Assembly (NCBI GenBank): GCA_963793865.1
Contig: CAWCBP010000001.1
Coordinates: 960,001 to 1,024,000 of the forward strand
DNA from: an uncultured delta proteobacterium
GTDB taxonomy: Bacteria; Desulfobacterota; WTBG01
Direction of reading: 5' to 3'
Length of the DNA stretch: 64,000 nucleotides
Under the pieces are notes generated by a model. It had not been told where the DNA came from. It saw only the letters and a list, made by a program, of their open reading frames with translations, and did no database searches. This document shows positions 41,680-51,885 of this stretch, one piece after another; the stretch's first letter is position 1; each line of letters starts with the position of its first letter. Position numbers and translations under genes: made by a program.

Positions 41680-42656
41680 CAGCCTATATCATCAGGCGTT
41701 GCCTCTATGCCATCCCCATAATTGTAGGGGTAAACCTGATCATATTTTTTCTCTTTTTTTACGTGAATTCCCCGGACGACATGGCCCGCAAAATACTGGG
41801 AGAAAAAAATATCAGCCGGGAGGCCGTCGAACAATGGAAAAAACAGCACAACTATCATCTTCCCCTTATCTTCAACCGCGGGGAAAAGGGGATGGCGCGC
41901 GTTTCTCAAACCATCTTTTACCAGAAATCCGTCGGCCTGCTCTGGTTTGATTTTGGAACCAGTGACCGCAACAATATTAACATCGGCTACCAGATCAGCC
42001 GCCGCATAAAGCCGAGCCTGATCATTGCGCTGCCCACCTTCATACTCGGGGTGCTTACCGAAATCATTCTGGCCATGCTGCTTGCCTATTTCAGGCAAAC
42101 CTATCTTGATTACCTGGGTGTCATCCTCTGCGTGGTCATGATGTCCATTTCATCGCTCTTTTACATTATCGGGGGACAGTATTTATTTGGAAAAATTTTA
42201 AAGCTTTTTCCCATATCCGGCTATGACACCGGCCTGCTGGCCCTCAAATTTACCGCCCTTCCGGTCCTGATCGGGATCGTTGCCGAGCTGGGAGGGGCCA
42301 TACGCTTTAACCGCACCATATTTCTCGAGGAAATCAACAAGGATTACATCCGCACCGCCCGATCCAAGGGGTTGCCCGAGGAGCAGGTGCTTTTCAAACA
42401 CTGCCTCAAGAATGGGCTTATACCCATACTTACCACGGTGGTAATGACCATACCCTTCCTTTTCATGGGCAGCCTGCTGATGGAGTCGTTTTTTGCCATA
42501 CCCGGGCTCGGCTCATTTACCATTGATGCCATTCAATCACAGGATTTTGCCATTGTCCGTTCCATGGTGTACCTTGGTTCGATCCTTTACATATGCGGTC
42601 TCATACTGACCGATATCAGCTACACGCTGGTCGATCCGCGCATCCGTTTTGAATAG
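41676..42656 (+). CDS. ABC transporter permease (OppB/DppB-like)
   Basis: YIIRR, DYIRTARSKGL, ESFFAIPGLG, DPRIR. Confidence 0.92.
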   Translation: MTAYIIRRCLYAIPIIVGVNLIIFFLFFYVNSPDDMARKILGEKNISREAVEQWKKQHNYHLPLIFNRGEKGMARVSQTIFYQKSVGLLWFDFGTSDRNNINIGYQISRRIKPSLIIALPTFILGVLTEIILAMLLAYFRQTYLDYLGVILCVVMMSISSLFYIIGGQYLFGKILKLFPISGYDTGLLALKFTALPVLIGIVAELGGAIRFNRTIFLEEINKDYIRTARSKGLPEEQVLFKHCLKNGLIPILTTVVMTIPFLFMGSLLMESFFAIPGLGSFTIDAIQSQDFAIVRSMVYLGSILYICGLILTDISYTLVDPRIRFE

Positions 42657-42662
42657 GCACCG

Positions 42663-44012
42663 ATGATACGCATCCTTCCCACTGACGCGTTTGTATTCCT
42701 GCTGGTTCTCGCCGGCGCCCTCTTTGTTTATTACGCCCGCCGCAAGGAGTACTGGCGCAATGCCTGGAGCCAGGTGCGGAAAAACGGGGTGGCTTATTTT
42801 TCGCTCATGGTGCTTTCCTTTTACGGCTGCATTGCACTGCTCGACACCATTCATTATGAAGACAGGCAATCCGGCGTCACCTTGAGCGCTCTTGATTGGA
42901 TAGCCGCACCCTTACGACTGCAGGTTGAAAAAACCTACTCCGCGCCCTTTGCCAGATACCAGTATACCAAAGAGTTTCAGCAAACCGGCTCGGGGGAAAT
43001 GATTCGTGCGTATCCCCGGCTCCTTTACGGCGGCGCTCATCTGGGAGAGGATGAATCCGTCTTTATGGATCTTGCACGGCGCTTCCTCATAACCCTGGCT
43101 GAGGGATCGGTCATCGGATTCCTGCTCGCCTGTATCATGCTGTGCGGCAGAAGTCTGCTGGCCGGGATTTTCTCGCCCGCATCCTGCCGCTCGCGCTTCG
43201 AGATGCCTTCCCGGAAGGCATTCATGGCCACACTGTTCATCTGCGCCGCTGCTTCCCTCGTGATTGCCTTTATTATCAATTTTGCGCCCCATTATCACCT
43301 GCTGGGAACGGACAAGGTCGGCGGCGATGTTTTCTATCGCTCACTCAAGAGCATCAGAACCGGTTTGGTGATCGGGAGCGTAACCACCCTGATCGTGATC
43401 CCCTTTGCCGTTTTCTTCGGCGTCGTGGCGGGATATTACGGCGGAATTATCGATGACTGCATCCAGTATATTTATTCCATTTTTGCATCCATCCCCAGCG
43501 TGCTTTTGATCGTGAGCTTCATGCTCTTGATGGAAGTCGGTGAAACGGTGGGAGACATGGTCTGGAAGGCGGACCGCCGCCTGCTGTCGCTCTGCGTGAT
43601 TATGGGAATAACCACCTGGACCGGCCTGTGCCGGCTCATCCGCGGCGAAACGCTGAAGCTTCGGGAGCTGGACTACGTGCAGGCGGCTCTTTCCTTCGGC
43701 CTCTCACGTCCGCGCATCATCATTAAACACATTGTTCCCAACCTGATGCATATTGTGCTCATCTCCTTTGTGCTCCGGTTTTCCGGTCTGGTTCTGGCCG
43801 AGGCCGTTCTGGCCTATATAGGCATCGGCGTTGATCCGTCCATGGAAAGCTGGGGTAACATGATCAATACCTCCCGCCTCGAGCTTGCGCGCGAGCCGGT
43901 GGTCTGGTGGAATCTTATATCCGCCCTCATTTTTATGTTCGGCCTGGTTCTCCCCGCCAATCTTTTTGGCGATGCCCTGCGCGATGCGCTTGACCCCAGG
44001 CTCAAAACATAG
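42663..44012 (+). CDS. ABC transporter permease (OppC/DppC-like)
   Basis: HLLGTDKVGGD, RELDYVQAA, KHIVPN, GDALRDALDP. Confidence 0.92.
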   Translation: MIRILPTDAFVFLLVLAGALFVYYARRKEYWRNAWSQVRKNGVAYFSLMVLSFYGCIALLDTIHYEDRQSGVTLSALDWIAAPLRLQVEKTYSAPFARYQYTKEFQQTGSGEMIRAYPRLLYGGAHLGEDESVFMDLARRFLITLAEGSVIGFLLACIMLCGRSLLAGIFSPASCRSRFEMPSRKAFMATLFICAAASLVIAFIINFAPHYHLLGTDKVGGDVFYRSLKSIRTGLVIGSVTTLIVIPFAVFFGVVAGYYGGIIDDCIQYIYSIFASIPSVLLIVSFMLLMEVGETVGDMVWKADRRLLSLCVIMGITTWTGLCRLIRGETLKLRELDYVQAALSFGLSRPRIIIKHIVPNLMHIVLISFVLRFSGLVLAEAVLAYIGIGVDPSMESWGNMINTSRLELAREPVVWWNLISALIFMFGLVLPANLFGDALRDALDPRLKT

Positions 44013-44031
44013 ATCATCCGCCGAGACCGGT

Positions 44032-46052
44032 ATGAACCGACAACTTCTCACTGTCTCCAATTTAAAGACCTATTTTCATACCCCGGAAGGAGTGGCAAAA
44101 GCGGTTGACGGAATATCCTTTTCCATCAACCGGGGTGAGGCATTCGCGCTGGTGGGTGAATCCGGATGCGGAAAATCGGTTACCGCGCTTTCCATAATGA
44201 GATTGCTGCAGGGGCCGGCCGCATTTTACGCCGGCGGAAGCATCAATTTCAACGGCACTGATGTAACCGCCCTCCCCGAGCACGAAATGCGCACTATTCG
44301 CGGCAACAAGATCTCCATGATTTTTCAGGAACCCATGACCAGCCTGAATCCGGTCTTTACCGTAGGCAATCAGATAATCGAGGTCTTCCGGCTCCATCAG
44401 GGCCTGAGCAAAGCCGTGGCACAGGAAAAGGCCATTGCCATGCTCAATCGTGTCGGCATAGCCGACCCCGCCATGCGATACAACTCCTATCCTCACCAGC
44501 TGTCAGGGGGAATGCTCCAGCGGGTAATGATCGCCATTGCCCTTTCCTGCCATCCTGAGCTTCTCATCGCAGATGAGCCGACCACAGCCCTGGATGTAAC
44601 CATCCAGGATCAGATTCTCAACCTGCTTCGCGAGCTGCGAAGTGATTTTGGCATGGCCATGCTGCTCATCACCCATGATCTCGGCATCATTTATGAAAAT
44701 GCAGACCGGGTTTCTGTCATGTATGCGGGAAAAATCGTTGAAACGGCGAACACCGGACGGCTCTTCAAAGCGCCCGCTCACCCCTACACCGTGCAGCTCT
44801 TCCGCTCCCTGCCCGCGAGAGGAAAGCGCGGGGGAGCTTTGCAGACTATTCAGGGCGCCCCGCCCCGCTTCCTGTACGAGCCTAAGGGGTGCCGTTTCGC
44901 CGACCGCTGCCGCCATTCCATGCCGGTATGCCGTGAAGTCAGCCCGCGCCTTACGCAAATTGCTGATAATCACCTGGTTGCCTGTCATCTGCATGATGCC
45001 CACATTTCATCTTCTGCCATCGAAGAGAACGCACCTGAGGGCGGTCACGGTGCCGGTTTTTCATCAATTACAACCCCTGAGTCAAAAACACTGCTTTCAG
45101 TCAGCGGTCTGAGCATGCACTTCCCCGTCAAAAAAGGTATTTTTAAGAAAATTGCAGGGTATGTAAAGGCGGTTGACGGCGTGGATCTGACGGTCTCAGA
45201 CGGCATGACCATGTCACTGGTGGGCGAGTCGGGATGCGGGAAAACAACCTTCGGCAAAGCTGTGCTCAGGCTGCTGCAGCCCACCGGCGGTTCGGTTATC
45301 TTTGACGGAGTCAACCTGGCACGTCTTTCCCGGAACAGGCTTCGCCATTTCAGAAAAAACTTTCAAATTGTCTTTCAGGACCCATTTTCATCGCTTAATC
45401 CCCGGATGATGGTCAAGGATATCATCATGGAGCCCATGCTGCCGCACGGCATTGGAGGCAGCCACGGCGAAAGAATGAACATGGTCAGCGAGGCTCTGGA
45501 GTCCGTCGGCCTGGACACGGATATGCTCTACCGCTATCCCCATGAATTTTCCGGCGGGCAGCGCCAGCGCCTTGCCATAGCTCGGGTGCTGACGCTCAAG
45601 CCCAGGCTGCTGGTTTGCGATGAAGCAACCAGTGCCCTGGATGTTTCCATCCAGGCGCAAATACTCAACCTTTTTAATGAGCTCAAAAAAAAGTACGCCT
45701 TGACCTATCTTTTCATAACCCACAATTTATCGGTTGTAGAATATCTCTCCGACATGGTGGCGGTCATGTACCTGGGCCGCATTGTTGAGCGGGGCACAAC
45801 TGCCGATGTGTTTGACCGCACCAGGCACCCGTATACCAGGGCACTCCTTTCTGCGGCGCCGTCTGTTGCCGGGGAAAAGGGGAAAAAATTCATCTGGCCG
45901 GAGATGTGCCCTCCCCCCTCGCTCCGCCCCAGGGATGTCATTTTCATCCCCGATGTCCCTATCGAATGCCTCGCTGCGAAGTAACCTACCCTTCCTCTTC
46001 GTTTTTTTCGAAAACACACTCCTGCAGCTGCTATCTCTATTCCGGCTCCTGA
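44032..46052 (+). CDS. fused dual ABC ATPase (OppD/F-like), 1-nt frameshift at the A-run near 45883-45888
   Basis: Two GESGCGK Walker A motifs, LSGG/FSGGQ signatures; the conserved tail [20 protein letters not shown] continues in another frame to TGA 46052. Confidence 0.9.
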
Positions 46053-46121
46053 GGCAGAAAAAGCCCCGGCATGAAAAAGACCGGGGCTGGCATGTACCGT
46101 ATAATAAAGGCACCACAAAAA

Positions 46122-46391
46122 TCAGTCGAAATAATAACCGCATTCGCCGCCTATATCCTGTAAATCCTTACGGTCGAGCGGAAAGGTTTTACAGTGCCTG
46201 AACCTCCCTTTGTGGTATATCGTGCATCTGCTCTCCCGGTTCAGGAATGGACATCGGAATACCAGGGAACAGCACTTTCCGCATTGCATGCAGTTTCCCT
46301 TTCTCACATCCAACTGCCTGGTTACGTATCCTGTTTTCACGTAATTAAAGAAAATTCTTCGTATCTCACCCTTCAGATTCCGTAATCTCAT
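46122..46391 (-). CDS. YkgJ-like cysteine-cluster protein
   Basis: CMQCGKCC...CPFL...CTIY...CKTFP. Confidence 0.75.
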   Translation of the reverse strand: MRLRNLKGEIRRIFFNYVKTGYVTRQLDVRKGNCMQCGKCCSLVFRCPFLNRESRCTIYHKGRFRHCKTFPLDRKDLQDIGGECGYYFD

Positions 46392-46460
46392 GTTGGTTCC
46401 TGTGGTTCTAATCAGTTGCAGGTTGGTTTTGTGATTTATTCAAGCATTAACCTATGCATC

Positions 46461-47075
46461 TTATGACGCGACGGGTTCAATCTTCTGCTTTTCCTTTAAT
46501 CGTTTTAAAAGCTCACTGTATGATGACTGCCTGATAATATCGTAAAATTGCGCCCGGTAATTTTTGATCGAGCTCACGCCCTCGATAATCAGATCGTATA
46601 CCAGCCATTTATTATCCTTTTTCATAAGCCGGGCGCCTATCACAATACTTTTTTCAGCTTTGTTCACTATGCGGGATTCCACCTGCGCCCGCTCTCCTTG
46701 AATGATTTCTTTATCAAAAATTACGCTTTCTCCGGAATAGTTGTCTATGATTTTTGTAAGATATGAATCGAGCAGCAGGTCTTTGAGCAATCGGGTAAAC
46801 TCCCTCTTTTCCTCTGCAGTTCTCTCCTTCCAATACAGCCCCAGCGAACGCTCAGCTATTTCCTCCCAGTCAAACCCGTCCTGAGAGACCTCAGTGAGCT
46901 TCGACAGCAAGGCATCCCTTCCCAGGCTCTCACGCAGCGCCTTATCATCAAGGACGCCGGTAATCCTGTCGACGGTGCATTTGAGTTCTTCAAGAGGAGT
47001 GCCCGCCCCGGCGCTCAATGGCACAGCTCCGAGGCACGTCAACAGAAGCAGGATAGCAGGCAAACAGCGTCTCAT
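46461..47075 (-). CDS. mlaC: MlaC/Ttg2D phospholipid-binding protein
   Basis: Signal peptide, SLGLYWK, WLVYDLIIEGVS..NYRAQF. Confidence 0.88.
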   Translation of the reverse strand: MRRCLPAILLLLTCLGAVPLSAGAGTPLEELKCTVDRITGVLDDKALRESLGRDALLSKLTEVSQDGFDWEEIAERSLGLYWKERTAEEKREFTRLLKDLLLDSYLTKIIDNYSGESVIFDKEIIQGERAQVESRIVNKAEKSIVIGARLMKKDNKWLVYDLIIEGVSSIKNYRAQFYDIIRQSSYSELLKRLKEKQKIEPVAS

Positions 47076-47160
47076 TTTTTCTCTGCGAACGTATTGGCAA
47101 CATGCCGGTTTCATAATCTTATACCCCTTTCTATAAATTCTGTCCACTTTTGTTGCAAGA

Positions 47161-47604
47161 TTACACCTTGCCGAATATAAACTTTGAGATCAGAGACTCC
47201 AGATCAATCGGGGGTTCAGTGTCATAAATAACCCCGCCCGCGCCTATCATTTCATCCGCTCCACCCGGTGTTATATCCACGAACTTTTCCCCCAGCAACC
47301 CCTTGGTCTTGATCGATGCCATTGAATCATCCTGCAGTTTCACTTCAGCATTAATATCCATCACCACCCGTGCCTGATAATCGTCATTAAGGGTGAGGCT
47401 TTTTATCCTTCCCACTTCAACGCCCGCTATTTCAACCACCGCCCCAATCTTCAGGCCGCCCGCGCTGGAGAAGACTGCCGCTATCTGGTAACCTCCGCCT
47501 CCAACCCATTCCATCTTGCCTAATTTTACTGAAATAAAGCCGAGGGCAACAATGCCCACCAGGAGGAACAACCCTACCACCAGTTCCAGATCCATTTTTT
47601 TCAT
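47161..47604 (-). CDS. mlaD: MlaD (MCE) protein
   Basis: GGLKIGAVVEIAGVEVG, IKTKGLLGEKFV. Confidence 0.93.
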   Translation of the reverse strand: MKKMDLELVVGLFLLVGIVALGFISVKLGKMEWVGGGGYQIAAVFSSAGGLKIGAVVEIAGVEVGRIKSLTLNDDYQARVVMDINAEVKLQDDSMASIKTKGLLGEKFVDITPGGADEMIGAGGVIYDTEPPIDLESLISKFIFGKV

Positions 47605-48371
47605 GCGAGCACCTCTTGGTCACTGTTTGTGCCCGTGCTTCCGCCATCAACCCCTCCGGAAAGAAAATGCCTGAGCACGGGATTATCGCTTGTCTGAATT
47701 TCATCGGGAGTCCCTGCGGCTACTATTGTGCCGTCTATCAGCAGTGCAACCCGCTGCACGATGCTGAATATTTTGGGAATTTCGTGGGTTACGATCACGC
47801 CGGTAAACCCCAGGTGCGCGTGGGTTGACCTTATGTACTGGAACACGTTATTAACAATGATGGGGTCAAGACCGGTGGTCGGCTCATCGAAAAGCATTAT
47901 CTCCGGATTGGTTGTGAGCGAGCGGGCAAGCGCGGCCCGCTTTTTCATGCCCCCGCTTAATTCAGCCGGGAATTTATCCCCTTCATCGCGCATGCCCACA
48001 TGACCCAGCATTTCATTAACCCGGCTCCGTATTTCCTTCTCCTTCATCCGCGTTTTCTCGCGCAGCGGAAAAGAAACATTTTCGTACACGGTCATGGAAT
48101 CAAACAGCGCGCCTCCCTGAAACAAAAAACCCAGACGGCGACGGTAGGTTTCAAGCTGTTTACCCCGAAGGCCGGGAACGGTTATGCCGTCTACCAGTAT
48201 GCTACCCCTGTCAGGCAGCATCAGCGCGGCAATGTGCTTGAGCAGCACGCTTTTCCCCGCCCCGCTGCCCCCTATGACCGCAAGAATTTCACCCTTTTTA
48301 ACCTGAAGGGTGACACCCCTGAGCACCTCACGGCCGTTAAACGATTTATGAAGGTTTTCAATCTCTATCAT
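47601..48371 (-). CDS. mlaF: MlaF ABC ATPase
   Basis: GGSGAGKS, FQGGALFDSMTVYENV, LSGGMKKR, DEPTTGLDP. Confidence 0.92.
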   Translation of the reverse strand: MIEIENLHKSFNGREVLRGVTLQVKKGEILAVIGGSGAGKSVLLKHIAALMLPDRGSILVDGITVPGLRGKQLETYRRRLGFLFQGGALFDSMTVYENVSFPLREKTRMKEKEIRSRVNEMLGHVGMRDEGDKFPAELSGGMKKRAALARSLTTNPEIMLFDEPTTGLDPIIVNNVFQYIRSTHAHLGFTGVIVTHEIPKIFSIVQRVALLIDGTIVAAGTPDEIQTSDNPVLRHFLSGGVDGGSTGTNSDQEVLA

Positions 48372-48380
48372 ATTGAACGG

Positions 48381-49175
48381 CTAGAAAAAAAATGAGGCCA
48401 TGAAATAATCCCACACCAGTATCAGCACGGAGGAAACCACCACCGCCTCGGTTGTCGCCTTGCTGACGCCCTCCGCTCCATATCCTGCATGATAGCCCTT
48501 GTAGCAGGAAATCCAGTTCACGATGAGGCCGAAGCACACCGCCTTATACATTCCCACGGTAATATCATTCATGGTTACCATGTTTTCAATTTCTCCGAAA
48601 TAGCTTCCTTCGCTTAAGCCCAGCAGTTTGACACCCACCAGATAACCGCCATATATGCCGATCAAATCGAAAAAGGCTGTCAGAATGGGAAAGGCGATCA
48701 TGCCCGCTACCATGTTGGGCACCACAAGATACCGGATGGGATTGAGCGCCATCATTTCAATGGCATCAATCTGCTCCGTTATCCTCATGATGCCGATTTC
48801 CGCCGCGATGGCGGATCCCGCGCGGGCATTTATCATGAGCGCAGAAAGCACCGGTCCGAGTTCCCGAATCAGGCTCAGTGCCACTATTGGTCCCAGCAAC
48901 GAGGCCGCGGCAAATTTATTCAGCGAGTAGTAACCCTGGATGGCCAGCACCATTCCGGTAAAAACACCCGTTAACAGGACAATGAATGTCGAGTTGACGC
49001 CGGTAAATCGCAGCTGCTTGATGATGCGATTGATCTTGTAGGGCGGCACAAATATGAGCGCCATGGCGGTCACAAGAAATATCCCCGACCTCCCCAGCCC
49101 TCGCATCAGGTCAAGCGAATACCCACCCAATTGTCTGATTGGCAGCACAATGGCATCAATCATAAAAACTCTCAT
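48381..49175 (-). CDS. mlaE: MlaE permease
   Basis: RELGPVL, RAGSAIAAEIG, TEQIDA, GAEGVSKATT. Confidence 0.94.
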   Translation of the reverse strand: MRVFMIDAIVLPIRQLGGYSLDLMRGLGRSGIFLVTAMALIFVPPYKINRIIKQLRFTGVNSTFIVLLTGVFTGMVLAIQGYYSLNKFAAASLLGPIVALSLIRELGPVLSALMINARAGSAIAAEIGIMRITEQIDAIEMMALNPIRYLVVPNMVAGMIAFPILTAFFDLIGIYGGYLVGVKLLGLSEGSYFGEIENMVTMNDITVGMYKAVCFGLIVNWISCYKGYHAGYGAEGVSKATTEAVVVSSVLILVWDYFMASFFF

Positions 49176-49349
49176 CCATCAGCCGGTGCGGCAAGACAGT
49201 GCATGAAACCATACAGATAAAATATTTGAGAGGAGTATAGCGAAATTGGCAAAGCAGGTCAAGGAATTGTGTTGGTTTAACGAAGCACCTCATGTACAAT
49301 TCATTGCCATGAAAGGGCCGCGGCCGGACCGGTAAACATGAGATAGTGC

Positions 49350-49378
49350 TTGACTCTTGATGCTGAATCAATTATGGT
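49350..49378 (+). promoter_or_regulatory. putative sigma70 promoter of the tRNA pair
   Basis: TTGACT-N17-TATGGT followed by a GC-rich discriminator. Confidence 0.55.
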
Positions 49379-49387
49379 ATGCGCCAC

Positions 49388-49461
49388 TGGGGGATCGTCC
49401 AGCGGCAGGACATAAGACTCTGGATCTTACTACGGGGGTTCGAATCCTCCTCCCCCAGCCA
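49388..49461 (+). tRNA. tRNA-Gln(CTG)
   Basis: TGGGGGA/TCCCCCA acceptor, TAAGA-CTCTGGA-TCTTA anticodon arm, GTTCGAA, CCA. Confidence 0.95.
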
Positions 49462-49563
49462 CATGCAGTGAAAACGGGGTAATCGGAGTCATTGTTTTAC
49501 TGGAGGGATGGAAATTATATCTCCAGTACTCCATCACTCCATACATCATTACTCTTGCCTTTT

Positions 49564-49639
49564 GGTCCCATCGTCTAGCGGCCTAGGACATCGGCCTCTC
49601 ACGTCGAAAACACGGGTTCGATTCCCGTTGGGACCACCA
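49564..49639 (+). tRNA. tRNA-Glu(CTC)
   Basis: GGTCCCA/TGGGACC acceptor, TCGGC-CTCTCAC-GTCGA anticodon arm, GTTCGA, CCA. Confidence 0.95.
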
Positions 49640-49647
49640 GTACATTC

Positions 49648-49675
49648 AAGGGGTTATGATTCGTCATAACCCCTT
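49648..49675. terminator. hairpin between convergent tRNA and MltD-like genes
   Basis: AAGGGGTTATGA-TTCG-TCATAACCCCTT, a perfect 12-bp stem with UUCG loop. Confidence 0.75.
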
Positions 49676-49757
49676 ATAACTTAATGGTGGTTCAAGGCAC
49701 ACACATGACGGGAAGAAAAATATTTTTTGTTGTCCTGATTAGTACCACTCAAGGGCA

Positions 49758-50903
49758 TTACTTCCCCCCATACGGCCTATAGTAGATCAGTTTTTGTCCC
49801 AGGTAAATCACCTCCGAACCGGCACTAACATTCCACTGTAAAAGCTTTTCAAGCGGGATATCAAGCTTTGCTGCTATGGCGGAAAGGGTATCCCCTTTTC
49901 TTACTATGTAGATTGTCCTCATTCCCTTATCAGCTTCAGCAAGTGCCGCTGACAGTCTCTGCTTAAACCCCTCAACAGCGCTGCCGGGTATAAACAGCCT
50001 GTGATTGCCCTTGGGGAGATAATAGCCCCGCAAATCAGGATTGAGCTCCTTTATGGTTCTGTAATTTGTTTTCGCAGCCTCCGCGATGATGCGCATGTGT
50101 AACATTCCCGGCAGGGTTATTTCAACCTCCTCTGCATCACCGGGCATATATAACTCGCTCTCCTCCAGCACAAATCCGTACTGCGCCGGGTTGGAAAGAA
50201 TTATTTTTATAGCCATAATTCTAAAGAGATATTCCTCAGTTTCCTTTGGAAGAGAAAGATCGACATACTGTTCAGTGTTTTGTTCTTCAATTTCCCGTGC
50301 CAGCCTCTCTTCACCGCAATTATAAGCCGCTGCTGCAAGCATCCATTGCCCGAATTGTTCATGAAGCACGCTGAGATAATTGAGTGCCGCGGCGGTCGAT
50401 TTCACAAAGCTGTAGCGCTGATCGGTCCATTCTTCCCGTGCCAGGCCGAACCGTGTGCCGGTCTGTTTCATGAACTGCCATGTACCCGCTGCGCCGCTGG
50501 GAGATAGCGCGTATTTGTTGAGGTCACTTTCCGCAACCGCCAGGTATTTGAGATCATCGGGCAAACCCTGTTTTTTAATCTCCTCTTCAATATAGGGAAA
50601 GTACTGCCTGCTTCTCTTGATCCAAAGGATTACCTGTGCCTCTCTGTTGAGCGCAAGCAGGAATTGCTTATCAAGGCGCTCCCATACCTCCCTTCTTTCC
50701 AAAGGAACCGGTTCTCCGCAGAAGTCAAGACTGCCCGGTGTTTTAAATTGCAGCAGCGGCTGCTGGAACACATTTTGAATTTCCGGAATTGGCGGTTCAG
50801 ATACCACTTCGGCAGAGGCCCCGCAGCCTGCAACATAAAAAACAATAGATACAATGGCAGCACACCGTATCGCATTTCTCTTTTTTCCTCTGCTTTTCAT
50901 CAT
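49758..50903 (-). CDS. lytic transglycosylase with LysM (MltD-like)
   Basis: Lipobox VAGC, YLAVAES, AAGTWQFM, AAYNCGE, LPKETEEY, YIVRKGDTL LysM. Confidence 0.9.
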   Translation of the reverse strand: MMKSRGKKRNAIRCAAIVSIVFYVAGCGASAEVVSEPPIPEIQNVFQQPLLQFKTPGSLDFCGEPVPLERREVWERLDKQFLLALNREAQVILWIKRSRQYFPYIEEEIKKQGLPDDLKYLAVAESDLNKYALSPSGAAGTWQFMKQTGTRFGLAREEWTDQRYSFVKSTAAALNYLSVLHEQFGQWMLAAAAYNCGEERLAREIEEQNTEQYVDLSLPKETEEYLFRIMAIKIILSNPAQYGFVLEESELYMPGDAEEVEITLPGMLHMRIIAEAAKTNYRTIKELNPDLRGYYLPKGNHRLFIPGSAVEGFKQRLSAALAEADKGMRTIYIVRKGDTLSAIAAKLDIPLEKLLQWNVSAGSEVIYLGQKLIYYRPYGGK

Positions 50904-51139
50904 TGCTCCTTCTTCGTGTTTCTCACCAGATGAAAGATCACGTTATTATCAGTTTTTCAAGCTGTCCTATAACACATAACCTGTACTTCGGCAAAACATA
51001 TGATGTTGAACGTGCCATGTATGATTGTTATTGCATCATCGTATGATTAAATCCTGACCCCTTTTATCATTGTTTCCGAAACAGTAATGTAGTATTAGAC
51101 ATGCGTTGATAAATGCGGAATCATTTTCGGAGGAACGAC

Positions 51140-51877
51140 ATGAACATTGATACAATCATGCAACAACTGCGCACTATATTTAAAGAATATTTTCAAGCAA
51201 TGCACAAGGAAGAACCGGTGTTTGCCGAGAGCGGAAGGGAGCGGCTGCGGATGGAGATATACCGGTCAAAGGATGGAGACCGCTTTCCGGTTAAAAAGGC
51301 CGCGTTCATGATTCTTGATTACGGCCTGGTCTGGAACAAAGACGACAAAACAGCACTGGATGAAGACGAGCTTGTCGCCGGGTCCATCATCACCTGCGAT
51401 GATCTGCCGCTGCCTATTCTTGCCCTCGAAGCATCCATGCATTTCGATAAATATGACCACATGAACATTGACCTGTTCCCCGTATCCAAAGATCAGCGCT
51501 ATAGGGAGCTTTTTTGCAAGCCGGTTCAGGACATATGCCAAAAATACAAAAGCATGCCCGGCGTAGCCCCCGGTGTCATTACACCAAACCTTCCCCAAGG
51601 TTCCACCTCGGGCGGGATGATGTCGGGTAATTTTGATATTACCATGAGAGGTAACACCTTTCCCTGGTGGTTTGAGTACGTTACACTGTACAAGAGCTTT
51701 CTCGATAACCGTGAAAGCTATCCCATTCTTAAAGACCCGGCCATCATTGAGGAAGGCAGAAAGATCAGAGAAATGTTCCTGTCAAATTTCAGAATGTCGA
51801 CTCCTAAAATACTGGCTGATATCCCTCACCTGAACAGTGAAGAAGGGGGAAGACGACTGGGAGAAATCATTTTTTGA
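51140..51877 (+). CDS. hypothetical protein resembling the ferredoxin-dependent bilin reductase / RCCR fold
   Basis: GGAGG RBS; LPILALE...DLFPVSKD..Y, EYVTLY and C-terminal GRRLGEIIF echo the FDBR LP.FG.D...DLSP and terminal ..LF pattern (by eye). Confidence 0.5.
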   Translation: MNIDTIMQQLRTIFKEYFQAMHKEEPVFAESGRERLRMEIYRSKDGDRFPVKKAAFMILDYGLVWNKDDKTALDEDELVAGSIITCDDLPLPILALEASMHFDKYDHMNIDLFPVSKDQRYRELFCKPVQDICQKYKSMPGVAPGVITPNLPQGSTSGGMMSGNFDITMRGNTFPWWFEYVTLYKSFLDNRESYPILKDPAIIEEGRKIREMFLSNFRMSTPKILADIPHLNSEEGGRRLGEIIF

Positions 51878-51885
51878 ACCGGAGA

